Virus record (IMG/VR): IMGVR_UViG_3300007770_000007
Span: 1-64,000 of that record
DNA length: 64,000 nt
From: a virus
Strand: one strand, 5' to 3'
Numbering within the stretch: the stretch's first letter is position 1; every line of letters starts with the position of its first letter. Position numbers and translations under genes: made by a program. A model generated the notes under the pieces. That model did not search any database and was not told where the DNA came from. It saw only the letters and a list, made by a program, of their open reading frames with translations. Of this stretch, positions 34,611-41,761 are shown in pieces.

Positions 34611-34624
34611 TTGCTTTGGGGTGC

Positions 34625-34639
34625 CGGTAGAGTGTCGAT
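34625..34639 (+). promoter_or_regulatory. Putative late promoter CGGTA-N7-GAT
   Basis: Consensus match, intergenic. Confidence 0.65.
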
Positions 34640-34672
34640 ACTCAATGGGAAGTAACCCTTCTGGAGACAGTC

Positions 34673-35278
34673 ATGTCTGATACCCCCGCCCGTCACCGCT
34701 TGATTCGCCTCGCCTCTACGTTGCCCAAGGGCAGCACGGAGCGTGGAGAGATCCTCTCCATTCTTGCCGCTGACGCTGACCACCTGAAGAAGCACCAGTT
34801 CGACAGCGAGAACAACCCCAATCCCAAGGGGAATGACAAGGACGGTGACGGCGAGACTAACGAGCCGAGTCCCGTGAAGGACAAGAAGGCTGCCCCTTGT
34901 GATGACGCCCCCGCTCCCTTCAAAGAGCAGTGCTTGAAGAAGGTTGAAGAAGGGAAGAAGAATGAGGACAAGAAGGAAGCCGGTGGTGGCTGCGACTCTC
35001 CCAAACTTCCCGACGCCCTGAAGGCACAGTGCAAGGAGAAGGAGAAGGAAGGCGACAAAGAGGCCAAGGAAAAGTACCCCTGGGATGATTGTATTGCCGA
35101 TCAGATGAAGGAATACGGCAGCAAGGAAGTTGCTGAAAAGGTTTGCGGTAAGATCCGGGCCGAGAGCCAGGGCCTCAAGTCCGCTGCTGATTTCCGCAGA
35201 AGCCTGATTCGGATGGCTGCCGAGATGCCCAAGGGCGATGCTTCCCGTAAGAAGCTCCTCACACTTCTCAAGTCCTAA
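34673..35278 (+). CDS. Charged modular protein with terminal LIR(L/M)A repeats and Cys-pair mini-modules; putative internal head protein
   Basis: LIRLASTLPKG..R.EIL at the N-terminus and LIRMAAEMPKG..RKKLL at the C-terminus; KKAA/KKEA/DKEA/LKSA junctions. Confidence 0.75.
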   Translation: MSDTPARHRLIRLASTLPKGSTERGEILSILAADADHLKKHQFDSENNPNPKGNDKDGDGETNEPSPVKDKKAAPCDDAPAPFKEQCLKKVEEGKKNEDKKEAGGGCDSPKLPDALKAQCKEKEKEGDKEAKEKYPWDDCIADQMKEYGSKEVAEKVCGKIRAESQGLKSAADFRRSLIRMAAEMPKGDASRKKLLTLLKS

Positions 35279-35907
35279 TGATTCAGCCATCGCCTTCAAG
35301 AGTAGCTGCCCGTTATGCGGCATCCCCTCCCACGCTTCGGCAAGTGAAAGCCCTTTTGAGGCGCACGGGAATCGAAGGTGAGTTGTCAGGGCGTGGGCGC
35401 GATTGGTCCGTGGAGTTGCCTGATAGCCGCACTTCTGACGCCTTCCAGAAAGCCTACCAAAAGGCTTTTCGTGCTGGGGTTGGGGGTTACCGTACTGGCT
35501 ACGGTGCCTGGGTTATGCGCCCAGGCTATGGCGCAGACCCCCATGACTTCAACGACCCTGCTTCCCGGCACCACTACGCCGCGCTCCCAGAGGAGCCTGT
35601 GGTCGGAGACATTCTCTATTCCAACTGGGGATATGACCAGACCAACATCGACTACTACCAGATCATCAAGGCGACCCCAAAGCAGGTCGTCATAAAGCAG
35701 CTTCTCAAGAAGGTTGTGAGCACGGGCCGCACTGATGAGAAGGTCATCCCCCTCAAGGGGAAGTTCGATCCAAGAGGGAAGGCTCTCCGTAGAAAGTGGC
35801 GTCCCGGCTACAGCGACGGCATTGCTGTGAGCATCAACTCCTACTCCAGCGCGTATAGTTGGGATGGTCGTCCTAAAAGCCAAACAATGGCCGGGTTCGG
35901 CCACTGA
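35278..35907 (+). CDS. Two-module protein with N-terminal PSPSRVAARY tag
   Basis: Coupled start; second module GDILYSNWGYDQTNIDYYQ. Confidence 0.75.
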   Translation: MIQPSPSRVAARYAASPPTLRQVKALLRRTGIEGELSGRGRDWSVELPDSRTSDAFQKAYQKAFRAGVGGYRTGYGAWVMRPGYGADPHDFNDPASRHHYAALPEEPVVGDILYSNWGYDQTNIDYYQIIKATPKQVVIKQLLKKVVSTGRTDEKVIPLKGKFDPRGKALRRKWRPGYSDGIAVSINSYSSAYSWDGRPKSQTMAGFGH

Positions 35908-35928
35908 AGACGATCTTCGCTGGGTAGT

Positions 35929-36564
35929 GTGAGCACACTGGAGGGTGAGGTGCTCATAGCAGTTTCAGGGACTATCGGTGTCGGCAAATCCACTCTCTGC
36001 GCGAGGCTTGCTGGCGAGACCGGTTTTACCCTGATTCCAGAGCCGGTGTCCACGAACCCCTACCTCGCTGACTTCTACATAGATCCGACGAGATGGGCCT
36101 TTACAGCCCAGATATTCATGATCACGGATCGCTTCCGTCGGCAGCAGGAGATCACTGATAGCAGTGAGGGCTATCTTTTGGATCGGTGTCTTCACGAGGA
36201 TTGGGTATTTGCCCAAGTTCTCTACGAAATGGAACACCTGTCTGAACGAGAGTGGGAGACGTACAAAGGTCTTCACCGCTCTCTTATTGAGGTGGTCCCG
36301 GTTCCAGATGCCGTTGTCTACTTGCGGGTTCCCCCCGAGGAGGCTCTCCAGCGCATCGGTTCCAGAGGCAGAGCTTCCGAGATGGCGATTTCCTTGGACT
36401 ACCTCTCCCATCTTCATCGCGTGTATGAGGAGTGGGCTACCCGTATGTCTACCATCACAAGGGTGGTCGCTATGGATTGGCGTTCCTACGGGGATGTAGC
36501 CGAGGTTGTTGGTCGTCTGCCTACACCAAAGAGGGCGGTATCCTCAAATCAGACGTTTTCATGA
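35929..36564 (+). CDS. Deoxynucleoside kinase (dNK family)
   Basis: IAVSGTIGVGKST P-loop, EPV, DR..ED, YLRVPPE, RGR. Confidence 0.9.
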   Translation: MSTLEGEVLIAVSGTIGVGKSTLCARLAGETGFTLIPEPVSTNPYLADFYIDPTRWAFTAQIFMITDRFRRQQEITDSSEGYLLDRCLHEDWVFAQVLYEMEHLSEREWETYKGLHRSLIEVVPVPDAVVYLRVPPEEALQRIGSRGRASEMAISLDYLSHLHRVYEEWATRMSTITRVVAMDWRSYGDVAEVVGRLPTPKRAVSSNQTFS

Positions 36565-37282
36565 CTGTCCATTCCGGGTCCATGAACGGCTCGTACCCAA
36601 ACATCTGAATCAGAGGTGCGTCGGCCTTCGCCACCCATTCTTTCATCTCATCGTCGTAGAGGGATTCCGGGTCTTTGATCCACGACGCGGGCCGGTGTGA
36701 CGCACGGTTTTGGGGTGTCACACTCTGTACTTTCTCCAGGTCCTCGTTCAACACTTCCGCAAGCCCTTCGTAGAGGGTGGAGGTGTTGATGAAAAGGTCT
36801 GGGCGTGGAGGCTTGCCGTAACAGAACCGGAATGTCCAACTACACAGGCCCAGGCCAGCACCGAGGTAGTCTATCTCGGCTCCATAATGGCCGAGCGGGT
36901 CCGGGTCCCAGATAAGCGGGAAGGGGCGCGGGAGTTCTTCCAGGTCCAGGGGGTGGGTTGCCCCGAAGAGGAAGTCCTTGAACTCCGAGGATCCATTGCC
37001 CATTCTCCTGACGTTCTCTTGCTGCTGTTCCGACGGGTAGGCACTGGAGATGGCCATGTTGTAGAGGGAGGCGTACCAGGACCAGGGGTCTCGCACGCTC
37101 CCGACCAAAGCTCTTTTCGCCAGTGCCGAGGTAGGGATGTCAGAGGCCCTTCCGTGACGCCGCAAGCTGTTGATAACCCCAAGCCCTGGGGGTTGGAGTT
37201 GCTTCAACACACGGTAGACGGACATGCCCCCTGTCTTGGGCATATGCCAGTAAGCGATCTTGTCCGTGTAGAAGAGGGACAT
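36521..37282 (-). CDS. Sulfotransferase-family protein
   Basis: 5'-PSB motif HMPKTGGMSV and 3'-PB motif VRDPWSWYASLY; C-terminal D..LIQMFGY. Confidence 0.8.
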   Translation of the reverse strand: MSLFYTDKIAYWHMPKTGGMSVYRVLKQLQPPGLGVINSLRRHGRASDIPTSALAKRALVGSVRDPWSWYASLYNMAISSAYPSEQQQENVRRMGNGSSEFKDFLFGATHPLDLEELPRPFPLIWDPDPLGHYGAEIDYLGAGLGLCSWTFRFCYGKPPRPDLFINTSTLYEGLAEVLNEDLEKVQSVTPQNRASHRPASWIKDPESLYDDEMKEWVAKADAPLIQMFGYEPFMDPEWTVMKTSDLRIPPSLV

Positions 37283-37971
37283 CAGGAAGTGGGCCTGTCG
37301 GATCGATACCGTTCAACCAGAGCTTCTACTGGAGATCCCTCTTCCCCTTCATCCCCGAAGAAATCATCCACGTCGAACTCGTCAGGTTCGTCGTTCTCTT
37401 CGTCTGATTCAGGAGCTACCCGGACACCATCCAGGATGGCGTCTACCTCATCCATCTGGTCGAGCAGGTCTTCCCCTTCGTCGTCCCATTCCCCTTCGTC
37501 GTCCTTCTCTTCTTCTCCGTCCTGAAGTCCCTTGAGAATGGCGATGGTTTCCGGGTTGCCTGCAAGCACCTGCATCCTTGTCGCGAGGTCCAGACGGCTC
37601 ACGTCGATCCCGTGGATGATTTCCGGCTCTGCTTCACCGTCCTCTTCCTCTTCCTCATCTTCTGGTTCAGGAGCGGAAGCAACGTCATTGGCGACTTCAT
37701 TTTCCTCCGCTACGAGTGCTGCTGCCACCTCCGTCCATGCCTGAAGTTGGCCTTGGAGTTGATCAGCACTGGATTGCAGTTGCTTGAAGTAGTCCTCCAT
37801 CTGGCTGTCGAGGTTTTCCACAGCTTCCAGGATTCCCGCCTCCTTCATCAAGGCATCCCTCTTCTCTTTATGCTGTGCTTGCATAGCCTTCAGGGATTTG
37901 GGAAGCTCCTTCAGCTTCTCTTGCAGGGACACGATGTTTTGAGAGGCGGTTTCCCGCAGGTTTGTGTTCAC
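37282..37971 (-). CDS. Coiled-coil protein with very acidic C-terminal half
   Basis: Coupled ORF in the minus-strand operon. Confidence 0.7.
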   Translation of the reverse strand: MNTNLRETASQNIVSLQEKLKELPKSLKAMQAQHKEKRDALMKEAGILEAVENLDSQMEDYFKQLQSSADQLQGQLQAWTEVAAALVAEENEVANDVASAPEPEDEEEEEDGEAEPEIIHGIDVSRLDLATRMQVLAGNPETIAILKGLQDGEEEKDDEGEWDDEGEDLLDQMDEVDAILDGVRVAPESDEENDEPDEFDVDDFFGDEGEEGSPVEALVERYRSDRPTS

Positions 37972-37972
37972 G

Positions 37973-39007
37973 TCAGCACCTTCCGGTTTTGATGAACGAT
38001 ACCCGCAAGCCAGTGCTTGCGGTTCCTTCAGTTGCCTCTGTTATTCGTCCTTGGTCGTCAATGGTGACGACGGGGTTGGTGTAAGTCCCCGCCGTGACGC
38101 CTGTGTTTGCGAGGTCAAAGGTCTTTGTCCCCACCCCGTCTGTGATGTTGATGCCGGTCCCGCCCGTTAGCACGTTTGAAGCAGCCGACGTGATTCGGCC
38201 TTGGGCGTCTACCGTGACATCAGGGTTTTCGTAGGATCCGGGAGTTACGGCAGTGTTTTCCAGGGAGACGGTGACGTTTGTACCGTCGTCCGTGATGTCG
38301 ATGCCTGTGCCTTCTGCAAGCACACGGGCATTAGGAAGGTCAGCGTCAGCGGCCAGGGTGACGTACTGGGCATCGTCGGGTGCCCCCGCATCGCCCGCTG
38401 TCTTCCCGACATACCGGAATCCCACAATCCAGGGATCAAACGTCGCAGCGACAATCCCTGTTAGAGCGAAGAAGTCTGCCGAGAAGAGGAGAAGCCCGTT
38501 GGCATAGTTGAAAGTCCACCCTACGGTCTTGTTGGCCCCAACTCCTGTGGTCCCTTCCGTGGTGGTGATGAGAACACCGCCAGCGTTTGGATCACCGTTG
38601 TACAACTGCATGGCGTATCCGTTGCTCGGAGCGCCAGACGCTTGGGGGACTAACTGTGGAAGCAGCCAGTTTCGGAGTTGTGCGGAGGAAGTATCCCCCG
38701 GCGTTTCGTAGGCTGCGTAGGTGGAGAAGTTGGTTCCCGGAACCAGGGTCATTTGGGTAGCGGACGCAGGGTCAGACAGGTCCTGAATCAGATCCGGGTT
38801 GGCCGCCGCGTTGGTTTGTGCCGTTGCGAGGTTCCCGGCCACCAACCCCTGGAGCCGAGGCATCTCCGTCCATACCTGTTCTGCGGCGAGAACAAAGGTG
38901 AAGGGGAAGAAGACCTCGTACCAAACACTATTGGGGTTGGCGTCAATAACCCCGGCCTGGAGAGCCTTGGCCGCGATGTTGATTCTTTCAAGTTGGCTGA
39001 ATCCCAC
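37973..39007 (-). CDS. Virion fibre-like protein with two tail-fibre repeats
   Basis: LENTAVTPGSY..VTVDAQGRIT and LANTGVTAGTY..VTIDDQGRIT repeats. Confidence 0.75.
   Translation of the reverse strand: MGFSQLERINIAAKALQAGVIDANPNSVWYEVFFPFTFVLAAEQVWTEMPRLQGLVAGNLATAQTNAAANPDLIQDLSDPASATQMTLVPGTNFSTYAAYETPGDTSSAQLRNWLLPQLVPQASGAPSNGYAMQLYNGDPNAGGVLITTTEGTTGVGANKTVGWTFNYANGLLLFSADFFALTGIVAATFDPWIVGFRYVGKTAGDAGAPDDAQYVTLAADADLPNARVLAEGTGIDITDDGTNVTVSLENTAVTPGSYENPDVTVDAQGRITSAASNVLTGGTGINITDGVGTKTFDLANTGVTAGTYTNPVVTIDDQGRITEATEGTASTGLRVSFIKTGRC
38025..38325 (-). repeat. Two about 50-codon internal fibre repeats
   Basis: VL..GTGI.ITD....T..L.NT.VT.G.Y.NP.VT.D.QGRIT.A present twice. Confidence 0.75.
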
Positions 39008-39333
39008 TACTCACCTCCTGTTTGGGCCATGTACTGCCCCAGGACAGGCATCACGTCGTTTTCTTCGAGCCGGTATACGGTTCGGGTGTGGATCCCGGTT
39101 TGCACAGACAAGGAGAAGTACCCCTCCTTGTACTTGGCTCTTACCGTTTGGGTTCCGACATAGAACACGGCGCGATCCCATAAGGCACGAGCTACATCAC
39201 GGAAATCTCTGTCGGTAAGGGTTACCTCGTCTACACGCCCTTCAGAAGTGGCGATGGACACCCTCACAGTGTTGACTTCATGGTCTCTGGTGATGTGGAA
39301 GGGTTGGGTGAATCGGGGCATTTTGGACCTCAA
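39007..39333 (-). CDS. Hypothetical protein
   Basis: Coupled on both sides in the minus-strand operon. Confidence 0.65.
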   Translation of the reverse strand: MRSKMPRFTQPFHITRDHEVNTVRVSIATSEGRVDEVTLTDRDFRDVARALWDRAVFYVGTQTVRAKYKEGYFSLSVQTGIHTRTVYRLEENDVMPVLGQYMAQTGGE

Positions 39334-41378
39334 ACGAAAGATACGACCAGGGAATCGACCATGATTCCAGGGTTGGCGATCTCGATCTCAATGTAGATGC
39401 CGTTCTCGCAAGAGAAGCCGCCGAAGGTGATGTTGACTGTGTTTCCGCTGGAGGTCCCTTCTCGTATGTAGGAGCCGAGAACGGTAGCTCCGTCATCGAA
39501 GCTGGCGAAGTTGTACAAACCCCCATGTACACGGAGGGGGTTGGCTGTCGGTCCCGCACCCCCTCCTGTGGCAGAGGCTACACGCCTGACGTAGACCCGG
39601 AGATCCTCCGCAGCAAGGTCTGTGGTCGCATCCCCGAGGAAGGTTCCAGAGAAGTTCAGGGTCATCGAGGAGCGGTTTGTTCCTGCGGTGTCCACGAAGG
39701 TCCGGTAGTAGGAGACAGTTCCTCCCAAGGCGGTGTAGTCGGGGCCTCCCGTGGGGTTGTACACAGACCAATCCAGAATGGGGGCTTGGTTAGGGACTGA
39801 CAGATTCCCATCACAAACTATCCCCTCTCCCCCCACCAAAGTCGTGGTGCTGTTCCAGTTCCCGGCTGTCGCTCCCCCGTTGTAAGTGGAGTCCTGTCTC
39901 CGGTTCTCGTCATTGAAATACTCTGCGGTATCGGAACTGGCAGTAGTGTGTGTGTCCACAACAAGAGCAAGAGAAGCACTCGCAGCAGCAGCCCCACTTC
40001 CCCAGGAGTCCGCTGCCACTGCCGAAGCAGCAACCGAGGAGCCGAGATAGCGGTATCCAGTTCCGCTGAACGCCCAGTCGGTCTTGGAGTAGGACACACC
40101 ATCGGTGTTTTCATCATTGTTCCAACCAGCGAAACTGGCAGCCCCATCCCCAAAAGGCGATTGACTCAATGTGGGCAACGTGCCCCCAACATTCGATGAC
40201 GAGATGGTCAGGTTTCCCGTGGCGCGAGAGGTGTTGCGATTCAGTTGATCAATGCCCGTCACCTCCACAGTGAACTGGGAACTCGTGTCGTAATAAAGCA
40301 CCCCGGACAAGTACCGGGTGGCCACCATCCCAGGAGTCTCACTCAGGGTACAAACCCCGCTGATGGAGGGGGTAGTGGGGTTGGCGTCAAGGAACACAGC
40401 AGCTTGAGTATAAGTATAAGGACCACTCCCATCCGTTGCCGAGTCTGGGGTCATCACCACCTCGACATGGTAGCGACCTCCCTCTAATCCTGCATTGGTG
40501 AGGATGGTTGAAGTGTCCACCCCCACTGACATGTTTGCCTTTTGGCGGGCAGGGTGGAAGGCGTCATCCACGCCATAGCCAGAAATTACTACAAAGAGGT
40601 TTCCCGAGCCAGAGGTGTGGGTGGCGTCACCTGTCAGAGAAGGGGTGGTGTAGGTTTCTAAGACTGAAACCCCATCCGCGTCATACATCGTCACCACAGC
40701 AGTCGCGTCTCCCCCAAATCCGGTGGTGTCCCCTGGCGTGGTGAATGTAATGTCATCTTGAAGTGTGGCTGGCTGGTCGGTCCCGGCCCAGCCTCCGGTT
40801 TTGAAGGGGGTCCCCTCTCCCCCATGTGGGGTGGATATGTGGGCGGTGGTACGCGAGAGGCTTTCGGTGACCGACTGATTACCGTTATTACCGTCGGACG
40901 TGTCCCAGTGGCTACTGTATGAAGGGGGCGGGAGTGGCGGGATATAGACGGTAGCCACACCGCCCACGTCAAGAACTTCTACGTCCGCGCCTACAAAGTT
41001 GATGGTGGTGAAGGTTCCAAGAGAGACTCCTTCATCCTCAATATCAACTCCAGCCCCCCCACCCCCCGACTCAAAACAGTCAACTCCTTCTTCTACGACC
41101 GCTAAAACCCCGGTGGCGGGGTCTTCTCCTTCCATCACTCCGTAGAGCATGATCGAGGGGGTCAGTATCGCCGGGATGGTGACGGTGTATTTGTATCTTC
41201 CTGTGACCCCGGTGACGGCAGACATGGCTGTGCCTGCCACAACCACCCCTTGCCGGTTCCCTGAAGCATCGAAGTAGAAGACCTCAATGGAGGGGTTTAG
41301 GGGCGTGATCGGGTTCCCACTGCTGTCCAGGAACAGTGCGGTAAAGGTGAAGGGTTCCCCGATGATCCCTTTAGCCAT
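39330..41378 (-). CDS. Large G/T/S-rich virion structural protein
   Basis: 682 aa, beta-rich; VDIEDEGVSLGTFTTINFVG linker typical of phage fibre proteins; AGGAG RBS. Confidence 0.7.
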   Translation of the reverse strand: MAKGIIGEPFTFTALFLDSSGNPITPLNPSIEVFYFDASGNRQGVVVAGTAMSAVTGVTGRYKYTVTIPAILTPSIMLYGVMEGEDPATGVLAVVEEGVDCFESGGGGAGVDIEDEGVSLGTFTTINFVGADVEVLDVGGVATVYIPPLPPPSYSSHWDTSDGNNGNQSVTESLSRTTAHISTPHGGEGTPFKTGGWAGTDQPATLQDDITFTTPGDTTGFGGDATAVVTMYDADGVSVLETYTTPSLTGDATHTSGSGNLFVVISGYGVDDAFHPARQKANMSVGVDTSTILTNAGLEGGRYHVEVVMTPDSATDGSGPYTYTQAAVFLDANPTTPSISGVCTLSETPGMVATRYLSGVLYYDTSSQFTVEVTGIDQLNRNTSRATGNLTISSSNVGGTLPTLSQSPFGDGAASFAGWNNDENTDGVSYSKTDWAFSGTGYRYLGSSVAASAVAADSWGSGAAAASASLALVVDTHTTASSDTAEYFNDENRRQDSTYNGGATAGNWNSTTTLVGGEGIVCDGNLSVPNQAPILDWSVYNPTGGPDYTALGGTVSYYRTFVDTAGTNRSSMTLNFSGTFLGDATTDLAAEDLRVYVRRVASATGGGAGPTANPLRVHGGLYNFASFDDGATVLGSYIREGTSSGNTVNITFGGFSCENGIYIEIEIANPGIMVDSLVVSFV

Positions 41379-41381
41379 CGG

Positions 41382-41555
41382 TTACTCCTTTGGGAGTTCT
41401 CGGAGAAGCCACTCCCTCTTTTCAATCCACTCTTTTCCGTCCCACACCATTCCGTTCATTTCTTCACCGACCTTCGGTTCTGGAAGGTCCATAGGAAGAG
41501 GAAGCTGCACAACTCGCGGTGCGGCTACTGCTATGCCCGTTTTCGTGAACGCCAT
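41382..41555 (-). CDS. 57-aa small protein not in the ORF track
   Basis: MAFTKTGIAVAAPRVVQLPLPMDLPEPKVGEEMNGMVWDGKEWIEKREWLLRELPKE; AGGAG RBS; lies between the late motif and the 41378 gene. Confidence 0.65.
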   Translation of the reverse strand: MAFTKTGIAVAAPRVVQLPLPMDLPEPKVGEEMNGMVWDGKEWIEKREWLLRELPKE

Positions 41556-41580
41556 TCGGAACTCCTAAAACTTCTCGCTC

Positions 41581-41595
41581 ATAGACTACCAACCG
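41581..41595 (-). promoter_or_regulatory. Putative late promoter CGGTT-N7-TAT driving the minus-strand operon
   Basis: Near-consensus match on the reverse strand. Confidence 0.6.
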
Positions 41596-41613
41596 GAGGG
41601 AAGTTCTGATTCT

Positions 41614-41628
41614 CGGTAGGGTCTTTAT
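41614..41628 (+). promoter_or_regulatory. Putative late promoter CGGTA-N7-TAT
   Basis: Consensus match, divergent from the 41581-41595 site. Confidence 0.65.
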
Positions 41629-41761
41629 TCCTGACCCTATGGGTGAGAGGGATGCCCGTGTGTGGCAACCACCTCGGGTTCGCGTTGTGCTTTTTTTGGG
41701 CTACTCCTTTTTGCGCTTTTCCCTCTGAACTGACCCCTTTTCCAACTTTTGGAGTTTCCCA

